From Hungateiclostridiaceae bacterium UBA1305 (lineage in GTDB: Bacteria; Bacillota; Clostridia; Acetivibrionales; DTU013): a DNA stretch of 64,000 nucleotides. The DNA is taken from positions 57,454 through 121,453 of the forward strand of contig DBTX01000072.1 in the NCBI GenBank assembly GCA_002307275.1, read 5' to 3'. Made by a program: the position numbers and the translations under genes. The notes under the pieces were generated by a model that saw only the letters and a list, made by a program, of their open reading frames with translations, ran no database searches and was not told where the DNA came from. This document shows positions 54,369-62,284 of the stretch, one piece after another; the first letter of the stretch is position 1; the number at the start of each line of letters is the position of its first letter.

Positions 54369-55682
54369 ATGAACATTCTTATTGAAGGGATTGATATTTT
54401 AACCGCGGACCCGACATCAGAATATAAAAGAAATGCAGACATTGGAATCATCAATGGAATCATTTCTTTTATAACGCCATCCGGCAGGATTCCTCCGGAA
54501 TTTAAGGCTGACAAGAAGCTTAGCGGCTTGAAAAAGCTTGCCATGCCCGGGCTTGTCAATGCGCATACACACTGCGGCATGACAGCCATGAGAAATTCAG
54601 CAGATGATTTGTCTTTACAGAAATGGCTTTTTGAAAGGATATTTCCGATTGAAGAAAAAATGACGGATGAGGATGTGTACTGGAGTACGCTGCTTGGTGC
54701 TGCAGAAATGATCAGATCCGGCACTACAGCCTTTGCGGACATGTATCTGCACATGGATCATGCTGCTGAAGCTGTCTGTGAAACAGGTCTGCGTGCAAAT
54801 CTGTCAAGAAGTCCGATTGATTTCCATAACGATGGTGGTTTGAAAGCAGTTGATGCATTTGATAAATGCAGAGACTATTTCAGAAATTGGAATGGAAATG
54901 CTGAGGATAAAATCAAGGTATATGTTGAAGTTCATTCCACCTATCTGATGGACATTGAGTCCCTAAAAAAGGCAGCTGATCTTGCGGCAGAGCTTCGAAC
55001 GGGGATCCATATCCATTTGCTTGAGACGGCAAGTGAGAGAAAGGATAGCCTGGAGAAGTATGGAAAGTCACCGGTTGAGATTTGCAAAGACACAGGCATT
55101 TTTAATGTGCCTGTGATAGGGGCGCATCTGGTACATGTTTCCGGGGATGACATCAATATACTTGGTGCAGCCGGGGTCAATGCAATTCACAATCCGACAA
55201 GCAACCTGAAGCTCGGAAGCGGGATTTCTCCAGTGCCTGCACTGCTTGATGCCGGAATCAACGTTGCACTTGGCACAGATGGAGTAGCAAGTAACAATAA
55301 CCTTAACATGTTCGAAGAAATGCACCTTGCCGCTCTGATCCACAAGGGAGTCGCTCAGAATCCGGAGTTGGTCACCGCCAGACAGGCATTCAGGATGGCG
55401 ACTGTAAATGGTGCAAAAGCGCTGGGCTTTGGAAATGATACAGGTATGATAAAAGTGGGAATGAAAGCTGATATCATCCTGCTGGACATCGACAAGCCGC
55501 ACCTTCACCCGATGAATGATCCTCATTCGGCAGTTGTATACTCAGCTCAAGGCGCCGATGTTCACACAGTTATCGTGAATGGTGCTATTCTTATGGAAAA
55601 CCGTGAGCTTAAAACCATTGATGAGGAAAAGGTTAAATTCAAAGTGAATTCCATCTCTGAGAGACTTTTTGATGTTTTGTAA
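54369..55682 (+). CDS. mtaD: 5-methylthioadenosine/S-adenosylhomocysteine deaminase (amidohydrolase)
   Basis: VNAHTHCGMT (HxH), HLLET, GTDGVASNN. Confidence 0.85.
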   Translation: MNILIEGIDILTADPTSEYKRNADIGIINGIISFITPSGRIPPEFKADKKLSGLKKLAMPGLVNAHTHCGMTAMRNSADDLSLQKWLFERIFPIEEKMTDEDVYWSTLLGAAEMIRSGTTAFADMYLHMDHAAEAVCETGLRANLSRSPIDFHNDGGLKAVDAFDKCRDYFRNWNGNAEDKIKVYVEVHSTYLMDIESLKKAADLAAELRTGIHIHLLETASERKDSLEKYGKSPVEICKDTGIFNVPVIGAHLVHVSGDDINILGAAGVNAIHNPTSNLKLGSGISPVPALLDAGINVALGTDGVASNNNLNMFEEMHLAALIHKGVAQNPELVTARQAFRMATVNGAKALGFGNDTGMIKVGMKADIILLDIDKPHLHPMNDPHSAVVYSAQGADVHTVIVNGAILMENRELKTIDEEKVKFKVNSISERLFDVL

Positions 55683-55734
55683 TTGAAATATAATTGGGGT
55701 GGGCTTTCGGTTTTACAAGACTTTTGTTTTACAC

Positions 55735-55763
55735 TTGAAATTTATCTGGTTATAGAGTATAAT
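55735..55763 (+). promoter_or_regulatory. Sigma-A-type promoter (TTGAAA-17-TATAAT) for tRNA-Thr
   Basis: TTGAAA at 55735-55740, TATAAT at 55758-55763. Confidence 0.5.
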
Positions 55764-55789
55764 TCATTTTGCACGAAAACTCAGCTAAC

Positions 55790-55865
55790 GCCAATTTGGC
55801 TCAGTCGGTAGAGCAGCTCATTCGTAATGAGCAGGTCGCCGGTTCGATTCCGGCAATTGGCTCCA
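55790..55865 (+). tRNA. tRNA-Thr (anticodon CGT), CCA encoded
   Basis: Acceptor GCCAATT/AATTGGC, anticodon stem GCTCA/TGAGC with loop TTCGTAA, T arm GCCGG-TTCGATT-CCGGC. Confidence 0.92.
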
Positions 55866-55898
55866 AACAAAACCCTACAGGCTCTAGGCTTGCAGGGT
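55834..55898 (+). repeat. attL-like 65-bp direct repeat (tRNA-Thr 3' 32 nt plus 33 nt downstream)
   Basis: ggtcgccggttcgattccggcaattggctccaaacaaaaccCtacaggctctaggcttGcagggt. Confidence 0.9.
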
Positions 55899-55957
55899 TT
55901 TTGCTTTTCCTGATAAATTAGCAAATTATTCAATTCTGGCGCTTATTTGGCGCTTAT

Positions 55958-56279
55958 TTAATTTTTTAATGAACTGGACTTCTTGAATACGGTCTGCATT
56001 GCCGGATTATTTGATATAAGTTTCAGCTTATAGGCCCGGGCAAAAACCGATTGAATAACTGCATGTATTTTCTTTACGGATGCACTGCTGAGATAATCAC
56101 CTTTACCGTCCTTCCTCTGACCTGGTCCCTGAAGATCAGATATAAACCGCTGGACATTTAGCGGTTTAATCTCACTTAGCTTGTAGTTGCCAAGTGCTGG
56201 GGGTATCCTTTGCTCTATTGTCTTTTTATAAAGCTGTGATTTCATAAGTGTTTTCGCCCTTTTTACGGATGTTGGACAT
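55958..56279 (-). pseudogene. Tyrosine recombinase/integrase remnant (N-terminal parts only)
   Basis: MSNIRKKGENTYEITAL* (from 56279), then a frame-shifted SAM-like core-binding segment ..IPPALGNYKLSEIKPLNVQRFISDL... The catalytic domain is absent: only ~60 nt remain before attL. Confidence 0.7.
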
Positions 56280-56362
56280 GATTATTCACTCTCCTTTTTT
56301 ATTAAAAAAACTAAAACATTTGCACCTAATTGTGGTATTATAATTATAAAGGAGTTGATTAT

Positions 56363-56563
56363 ATGTCTCCTAAAATGCATTCTAAGCGGTTAACAGCGGT
56401 AAAGTTTGCTAATGCCGTGAACAAAATAGAAGGTGTCCCAGTTACAAATCAAGCGAAAAAGCTCTCAGCTCAGTGGGCACGAGGGGAGATTTCGGGCTCT
56501 GCGATGAAAGCTGTGCTTATCGCAAAGCATAAACGTTCGGTGACAGATACACATCATGAATGA
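56363..56563 (+). CDS. VbhA-like antitoxin (Fic inhibitor family)
   Basis: MSPKMHSKRLTAVKFANAVNKIEGVPVT... with the ..IEG.. inhibitory-helix pattern. RBS AAAGGAG. The stop overlaps the fic remnant start. Confidence 0.6.
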   Translation: MSPKMHSKRLTAVKFANAVNKIEGVPVTNQAKKLSAQWARGEISGSAMKAVLIAKHKRSVTDTHHE

Positions 56564-56784
56564 TCCTTATCTTTATGAGGGAAGTTCTGTTTTACGCAAT
56601 CTGTTGAATATCCATGACGAAAAGGAATTGGATTTAGCCGAGGCCGAACTCTCACGAGCCAACATGATGTTGCTGTACGAGCAGGGCTTTGTGGATTTTT
56701 CTACTCAGGGGGATCAAGACAATTCATAAGGTCTTATTCGAGGATGTGTACGATTGGGCCGGAGAATTTCGTATTAACTATTAA
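56556..56784 (+). pseudogene. fic toxin remnant (frameshift in a G5 run, 3' part deleted)
   Basis: MNDPYLYEGSSVLRNLLNIHDEKELDLAEAELSRANMMLLYEQGF.. then a +1 shift at 56708-56712 to ..GIKTIHKVLFEDVYDWAGEFRI. The HPFxxGNGR core is missing. Confidence 0.65.
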
Positions 56785-57361
56785 GCCCCTTACTCCAGAC
56801 CTTGAAACAGCCTATCTCGATTTCTTCGACAATCGGGCATTTTCAGAAACCGATACAAATGGTCCCTGCTACTGCACCAGTCCAATGCAGACCTCGGATG
56901 AAATCGACCAAATGGTGAGCGAGTTTGCGGGGGATGTCAAAGGAACGATTCGCCGTAATGCAGTAAAGATGCTGGCCGAGGGTAAAATTCATGGGTATCT
57001 GGCGTTTTATGACGATACTGTCATCGGTTGGTGCAACGCCAGAGATATGAGTGAATACATCAAAAACCGCTATCAGTTTGTCCCGGATTTTGCATGGGGA
57101 ACCGCCATTGGTAAAACAATGTCGGTTGTCTGCTTTTCGATTGCTCCTGAATATCGTAGCAAGGGTGTGTCAACTGCTCTGTTAGTGAGGGTAATTGCCG
57201 ATGCCAAAGCAGAGGGCTTTGAGGCGGTTGAAGGCTATACACACATACGAAAAGGACAGGATGATTTTGACTTCAAGGGTCCGACAAGGCTGTATGAGAA
57301 ATTAGGCTTTGTACCGGTCGTCGAGCATGACGGCGTGGTCGTGATGCGTAAAACACTGTAG
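56744..57361 (+). CDS. GNAT-family N-acetyltransferase (5' end rebuilt from the fic remnant)
   Basis: ..LTIKPLTPDLETAYLDFFDNRAF.. and the acetyl-CoA motif APEYRSKGVSTALL. The only ATG (56744) lies inside fic-derived sequence. Confidence 0.7.
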   Translation: MCTIGPENFVLTIKPLTPDLETAYLDFFDNRAFSETDTNGPCYCTSPMQTSDEIDQMVSEFAGDVKGTIRRNAVKMLAEGKIHGYLAFYDDTVIGWCNARDMSEYIKNRYQFVPDFAWGTAIGKTMSVVCFSIAPEYRSKGVSTALLVRVIADAKAEGFEAVEGYTHIRKGQDDFDFKGPTRLYEKLGFVPVVEHDGVVVMRKTL

Positions 57362-57373
57362 GAGGAATTGCGT

Positions 57374-57805
57374 ATGACAAAATATGAAGAAGCACTTAAA
57401 ATCATGGATGAGCGGTTCGGTCACGACTGTCTTATATCTGTTGCGACTATTGACGGCAAGCGACCCGCTGTTCGCATTGTGAACAGTTATTACGAGGATG
57501 GCTCGTTTTATACCGTTACATATGCGCTTTCCAACAAGATGAAGCAAATCATAAATAATCCGGAGGTTGCCATCTGCGGAGAATGGTTCACGGCACATGG
57601 CACCGGCGAAAATATCGGTCATCCGGGGGATGAAAAAAACCTGGAATTGATGATGAAACTGCGGGAGGTCTTTAAAGAGTGGTATTACAATGGCCATACC
57701 AACGAAGAAGACCCACATACCTGCATCTTGCGTATCCGTCTGACGGACGGGGTGCTGTACAGTCATGGCAGGAAATTCGAGATTGATTTTACGGTGGAAG
57801 TATAA
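57374..57805 (+). CDS. Pyridoxamine 5'-phosphate oxidase-like (general stress protein 26-type) protein
   Basis: Split-barrel pattern ..LISVATIDGKRPAVRIVNSYYEDGSFYTVT.. Confidence 0.65.
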   Translation: MTKYEEALKIMDERFGHDCLISVATIDGKRPAVRIVNSYYEDGSFYTVTYALSNKMKQIINNPEVAICGEWFTAHGTGENIGHPGDEKNLELMMKLREVFKEWYYNGHTNEEDPHTCILRIRLTDGVLYSHGRKFEIDFTVEV

Positions 57806-57809
57806 CATT

Positions 57810-58193
57810 ATGGACATTCAATTCACAGATGTATGTTTCATCACAAACGATGTCCTGCGACTTCGCGCGTTTTACGAAGCCGTTTTCGGCAGCAGGGCCG
57901 AGGGTGACGAGATTCACTCCTGGCTGACGGCAGGCGGTGTGACGTTTGTTTTCGACCACGTTGGCATTGCGGAGGAAAACACGACGTTCCGCTATATTAA
58001 GGCAGGCGGCGCGAACAATATCATTGTCGGTTTCAATGTCGATGATGTGGACCCGGAATACAATCGTCTGTTACCGCTGGGCGCAGAAATGCTCAACGAG
58101 CCGGCTACCCATCCTTGGGGAGCGCGGTCGTTTCAGTTCAAAGACCCAGATGGTAACATACTGAATTTTCGCAGTTTCCCGAAGGAGGGATAA
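57810..58193 (+). CDS. VOC/glyoxalase-bleomycin-resistance family protein
   Basis: MDIQFTDVCFITNDVLRLRAFYEAVFG.. ..HPWGARSFQFKDPDGNILNF. Confidence 0.72.
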   Translation: MDIQFTDVCFITNDVLRLRAFYEAVFGSRAEGDEIHSWLTAGGVTFVFDHVGIAEENTTFRYIKAGGANNIIVGFNVDDVDPEYNRLLPLGAEMLNEPATHPWGARSFQFKDPDGNILNFRSFPKEG

Positions 58194-58196
58194 CCT

Positions 58197-59060
58197 ATGT
58201 CTCCTTTTAATAACAAATGGGTGCAACAAATTCTTGCTCTTCAACACGAAGACGGTTCTTGGGATTGCTTCCACGCTCTCAGCCAACCGACCAAAGAACA
58301 ACTCATGACAACCGAACAAGCCCTCAGACGGCTTAGGATTCTCGGCTTGACAAAGGACGATGAACCGATAGCCCGTGCGCTTTCTTACATGGAACACAAT
58401 CTTCTGCAACCGCACCCTACTGTCTTTCATGAGAAAAAGCACAATTCCAAAACATACGGCGATTTAATGCTTGCGGCATGGATACGCTTGTTTGACTCCA
58501 ATAATAATGCCGCCCTCTCTATTGCGAAAAAGTGGGCAAAAGTCATCACTTGTACATTTCAAAGCGGCGAATATTCTCACACAGAATATGTTGCGGCTTA
58601 TGAATCTGAATTCACAAAGCTGAATCCGAAAGCGGGCTGTTTGGCTGATTTTGTTGTATTCTATCAACTTGCACTGCTGCCGGGGCTTTTAAGCCGCAAA
58701 ATTGAATCCTCAATGCTTGACTATGTGCTTATACACCCACGCGGTATTGTTTATATATATAATAGCCGTTTGGATACGCTGCCTGAACAATTCGCTTCAC
58801 GCAAAGCCAACGGCTATTTATCTGCATTGGAGTTGCTGTCTGATTATTCTCTTGCGCCTAAAAAGTTGCGCTTTGCGGTAGATTGGTTGAAAAACCAGCA
58901 AGACGAAAACGGATTATGGGATATGGGATCTGTCGTTAAGGACGGCATTCACTTTCCGCTGTCTTATTCGTGGCGTAAAGTTGAAGACAGAAAGCGGGAT
59001 TGCACTTCAAGGGTGATACGGCTCTTAGATAAATTGGAGGTAGGGCGTTATGATGAATAA
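58197..59060 (+). CDS. Hypothetical protein with two QW-type (Q..DGSW / Q.DENGLW) alpha/alpha-toroid repeats
   Basis: LQHEDGSWD near the N-terminus and [10 protein letters not shown] near the C-terminus resemble prenyltransferase/terpene-cyclase repeats. Confidence 0.4.
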   Translation: MSPFNNKWVQQILALQHEDGSWDCFHALSQPTKEQLMTTEQALRRLRILGLTKDDEPIARALSYMEHNLLQPHPTVFHEKKHNSKTYGDLMLAAWIRLFDSNNNAALSIAKKWAKVITCTFQSGEYSHTEYVAAYESEFTKLNPKAGCLADFVVFYQLALLPGLLSRKIESSMLDYVLIHPRGIVYIYNSRLDTLPEQFASRKANGYLSALELLSDYSLAPKKLRFAVDWLKNQQDENGLWDMGSVVKDGIHFPLSYSWRKVEDRKRDCTSRVIRLLDKLEVGRYDE

Positions 59061-59946
59061 AATATCGATTCGCTTTTATGACGACACGGAAGTCCGCGCC
59101 GTATGGGACGATACAAATTCCAAATGGTGGTTTTCCGTGCTTGATATAGTTGGGGTTCTTCGCGGCGAAAGCGATTATGAAAAAAACCGAAATTACTGGA
59201 AATATCTTAAAACGAAACTAAAAAAAGAAAACAGCGAGTTGGTTAGTCGCGCTAACCAACTGAAATTGACAGCCTCAGATGGAAAAAAATATCTTACTGA
59301 CACTTTTGATTATGACGGTATCATCGCGCTTGCAAAGAATTTTCCAAGCAAAAAAGCAAATCGTTTCATTGAATGGTTCACATACAGCGATGAAACGATA
59401 GACGGAAAAAGCAAGAGTAAGGCATATGCGCTTTTTGATAGCTCCTTGCTTGACACATTAGAAGTCGGTACAGTCAAAGGCCTGCAGCAGATTCATGCTT
59501 ATCTGTTCGGCGGGCTTTATGATTTTGCCGGGCAAATAAGAACGCTCAACATAGCGAAAGGCGGCTTTCAGTTCGCTATGGCGCGGTTCTTGCCCGAAAC
59601 GCTGAAGAACATTGAAAAAATGCCCGAAAGCACTTTTGACGAAACCGCAGATAAATATGTGGAGATGAATGTCGCTCACCCGTTTATGGAAGGCAACGGC
59701 AGAAGCACACGAATTTGGCTTGATCTTATACTGAAAAAGAACCTAAAACTCTGTGTTGATTGGAGTAAAATTAACAAGAAAGACTACCTCTCCGCTATGG
59801 AAAAAAGCATTTCAAATCCTGCACAAATAAAAGCCTTATTGAAGTCGGCTTTAACTGATAAAATTAACGACCGCGAGGTGTTTATGAAAGGCGTGGATTA
59901 TTCCTACTATTACGAGCAGGAAGACAACATTTCAGAAGAACAATAG
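59050..59946 (+). CDS. Bro-N-like DNA-binding domain fused to a Fic (AMPylase) domain
   Basis: N-terminus [31 protein letters not shown] (Bro-N pattern). Intact Fic motif [12 protein letters not shown]. Confidence 0.78.
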   Translation: MMNKISIRFYDDTEVRAVWDDTNSKWWFSVLDIVGVLRGESDYEKNRNYWKYLKTKLKKENSELVSRANQLKLTASDGKKYLTDTFDYDGIIALAKNFPSKKANRFIEWFTYSDETIDGKSKSKAYALFDSSLLDTLEVGTVKGLQQIHAYLFGGLYDFAGQIRTLNIAKGGFQFAMARFLPETLKNIEKMPESTFDETADKYVEMNVAHPFMEGNGRSTRIWLDLILKKNLKLCVDWSKINKKDYLSAMEKSISNPAQIKALLKSALTDKINDREVFMKGVDYSYYYEQEDNISEEQ

Positions 59947-59997
59947 CAGAGTGGCTATCTTTTAACGATTTGCCGAGAGGGGTTTCAATTTTAACGA

Positions 59998-60261
59998 TTG
60001 GGCGCTGACTCCAAATTCATTGACCCAACACAGAAAGCAAAAATTGATTTTGAGGTAGCGCTGATTGGGAAGCTGATTGAAGCCAGAGAATCAAAAGGGC
60101 TGTCACAAAAGGAGCTTGCTGAACTTGCTGGCTTAAAGCAGCCTGCCATAGCCCGACTGAAAAGCATGAAAGCGACACCGCAGATAGATACATTATTCGA
60201 AATATTGCAGTCGTTAGGGTACATACTGGCTGTTGTTCCTTCCGAACAGCCTCAAAAGTAA
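59998..60261 (+). CDS. XRE-family helix-turn-helix protein (antitoxin/regulator type)
   Basis: LSQKELAELAGLKQPAIARLKS HTH. TTG start. Direct repeats ttttaacgatt occur just upstream. Confidence 0.68.
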   Translation: MGADSKFIDPTQKAKIDFEVALIGKLIEARESKGLSQKELAELAGLKQPAIARLKSMKATPQIDTLFEILQSLGYILAVVPSEQPQK

Positions 60262-60452
60262 GATAAAACTGCAGGTGCCACTTGCATAATTCCTTTATCA
60301 TTTTGCAGAGGTCAAGCGTTTGACAACCAAGTTAGGACGCGGCTATTCACGGTTTGTAAAATATGCATGTGCTTTATAGTCAATATCCAATTTACCAGAC
60401 GCTGTCTGGCAAATTATCATGGCCGCATTGTATTGAATTGGAGATAATAAGA

Positions 60453-60725
60453 ATGGCGGATCTAAACGCAAAGAGCTTTATGGAGTTTTTCGAAAAGGAA
60501 TACGGCGTGGAATTTATCGATAGTAATACAGGGAAACGGGCTTTGGATATCATTGCCGACAGCGAATCAAGAAAGAGTTGCGCAACGTGCAATTGGGTAA
60601 CAAGCGGAGATGGTGTGACTGTGCACGAAAAGGATATGGTTTGTGTCCATGCAGATTTCAGATATGTAACGGATTTTGTTTCTGAGGATATGAAGTGTGA
60701 TTTATGGCAAGTCTGTGGAATTTGA
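60453..60725 (+). CDS. Hypothetical Cys-containing 90-aa protein
   Basis: The ATG at 60453 follows GGAGATAA. No recognisable family. Confidence 0.35.
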   Translation: MADLNAKSFMEFFEKEYGVEFIDSNTGKRALDIIADSESRKSCATCNWVTSGDGVTVHEKDMVCVHADFRYVTDFVSEDMKCDLWQVCGI

Positions 60726-60766
60726 GCATAATTTTAACTTGCTGATAACTTGACGGACAAGTGGAT

Positions 60767-60796
60767 TATCATTTTGCTGGGGTCAACAAAATGATA
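60767..60796. repeat. Hairpin H1 (tatcattttg-ctggggtcaa-caaaatgata)
   Basis: 10-bp perfect stem. Related to H2 at 61016-61043. Confidence 0.85.
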
Positions 60797-60798
60797 TA

Positions 60799-60987
60799 GT
60801 GGAGAGAAGAATATTGAAGCCGGAAATTGAATTACGTCGGATAGAGGCTGCCAAGCTTGCCTACGCCATTAATATAATCGAAGGAGCACCGGTATCGGAT
60901 TATGCAAGAAAGCTTTATGCACGATGGGAGAGGGGAAAGATTACCGGCAAAGAGATGAAAGATGCCTTGATTTCAGTACATAGATAG
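60799..60987 (+). CDS. Second VbhA-like antitoxin, orphan (no adjacent fic)
   Basis: ..RRIEAAKLAYAINIIEGAPVSDYARKLYARWERGKITGKEM.. parallels the protein at 56363. The start is GTG 60799 or TTG 60814 (after GGAGAG). Confidence 0.55.
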   Translation: MERRILKPEIELRRIEAAKLAYAINIIEGAPVSDYARKLYARWERGKITGKEMKDALISVHR

Positions 60988-61015
60988 AGCCATGAGCCCA
61001 ATGTCTGAAATCTAA

Positions 61016-61043
61016 ACCATTTTGTTGAGGTCGGCAAAATGGT
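61016..61043. repeat. Hairpin H2 (accattttg-ttgaggtcgg-caaaatggt)
   Basis: 9-bp perfect stem. Same arm core CATTTTG/CAAAATG and similar loop yTGrGGTCrr as H1. Confidence 0.85.
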
Positions 61044-61055
61044 CAAGCAGTAAAT

Positions 61056-61080
61056 AAACCCGTCGATTTCGACGGGTTTT
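61056..61080 (+). terminator. Intrinsic terminator at the right end of the island
   Basis: cccgtcg-attt-cgacggg followed by tttt. Confidence 0.55.
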
Positions 61081-61106
61081 AACATACTACCTTACGAACA
61101 ACCAGC

Positions 61107-61171
61107 GGTCGCCGGTTCGATTCCGGCAATTGGCTCCAAACAAAACCTTACAGGCTCTAGGCTTCCAGGGT
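61107..61171 (+). repeat. attR-like 65-bp direct repeat (displaced tRNA-Thr 3' fragment)
   Basis: ggtcgccggttcgattccggcaattggctccaaacaaaaccTtacaggctctaggcttCcagggt. Confidence 0.9.
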
Positions 61172-61173
61172 AA

Positions 61174-61338
61174 ACCCAATTTGGAATGATTAAATATTTA
61201 CAATTTTACACCCGGATATTCGGCAAAAAGGTTGTTTTGGAATACATAGAGCTATGTTATAATCGTAAAAGGAGTCATTCGCCCAATGGGTATTTCCCAA
61301 AATTCTTACTGTCTGTTTTACTGAGGCAAGGTCATTAA
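61174..61338 (+). pseudogene. IS3-family transposase C-terminal remnant
   Basis: Translation ..VVLEYIELCYNRKRSHSPNGYFPKFL.. resembles the OrfB C-terminal YN.kR.H..LgY.sP motif. No upstream catalytic region. Confidence 0.4.
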
Positions 61339-61394
61339 GGGATTGTTTGACTTTAGAAGCAGTATTTAACCATTACAGAAAGAAGGGTTAAGAG

Positions 61395-62207
61395 ATGATA
61401 CACGAAGTAATACAGATTCAGGTAGAGGGTTCCCAGCCGGATACAAAATTATATACCTATATACTGGATAATTCTCCGGATATCCGGCCGGACGGAGTTA
61501 GACCAATTGTAGTAATTTGTCCGGGCGGCGGGTATTCCATGACATCGGACCGGGAAGCGGAGGCACTGGCCGTCAAAATAATGGCAATGGGTTCTCACGC
61601 TGCAATTCTCAGGTATTCCTGCGCACCTTCCGTATATCCAACCGCATTGAAGGAATTGGCAACAGTAGTTTCCCTTTTGCGAAAAAATGCAGAAAAATGG
61701 CATATTGATAAAGATAAAATTATTGTTCAGGGTTCTTCCGCAGGAGGCCATCTGGCAGCCAGCTACGGTGTATTTTGGAAAGAGCCTTTTTTGGCTGAGG
61801 AAATAAATGAATCAACAGAGCAGCTAAAGCCAAATGGGTTGATTTTGAGTTATCCGGTTATTACCTCCGGTCCGTTTGCCCATCGGGAATCCTTTCAAAA
61901 TCTTCTTGGTGAACGATATGAAGAGTTGATTGAAAAAATGTCCCTGGAAAAACAGGTGTCCGTGGATACTCCGAAAACATTTATTTGGCACACATTCCCG
62001 GATGACTGTGTGCCGGTGGAAAATTCACTATTGTTTGTAATGGCGTTAAGAGAGAGGAACATACCGACAGAATTTCATATGTATCCGGTTGGCGGACATG
62101 GCCTTGGACTTGCCACTGAAGAAACGGCCTGCCCAAATGGGTATGGGATTCAGAAAGAGTGCCAAAGCTGGATTTCCCTTCTTGAAACATGGCTGAAAAA
62201 TAGTTAA
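61395..62207 (+). CDS. Alpha/beta-hydrolase esterase (carbohydrate esterase-like)
   Basis: PGGGY oxyanion region, nucleophile elbow GSSAGGHLA, C-terminal His (GGHGLG). Confidence 0.75.
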   Translation: MIHEVIQIQVEGSQPDTKLYTYILDNSPDIRPDGVRPIVVICPGGGYSMTSDREAEALAVKIMAMGSHAAILRYSCAPSVYPTALKELATVVSLLRKNAEKWHIDKDKIIVQGSSAGGHLAASYGVFWKEPFLAEEINESTEQLKPNGLILSYPVITSGPFAHRESFQNLLGERYEELIEKMSLEKQVSVDTPKTFIWHTFPDDCVPVENSLLFVMALRERNIPTEFHMYPVGGHGLGLATEETACPNGYGIQKECQSWISLLETWLKNS

Positions 62208-62284
62208 GTATTCTGAAGGTTCGTGAATTCTAAAATATATATTGAAATTATAGTTTAATTTTATGAGAAGGGGCAAGGTTCATT

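Larger units (their letters stand above)
55834..61171. mobile_element. Decayed ~5.3-kb integrative island inserted at the 3' end of tRNA-Thr
   Basis: 65-bp direct repeats (55834-55898 and 61107-61171, 2 mismatches) cover the tRNA 3' half plus 33 nt. A broken integrase lies next to the tRNA. The cargo is TA/Fic/resistance-type genes. Confidence 0.75.

Noticed and set aside
57302-57817. 171-aa minus-strand ORF across the PNPOx-like gene
   Set aside because: It is antisense to a tightly packed plus-strand operon and has no independent support.
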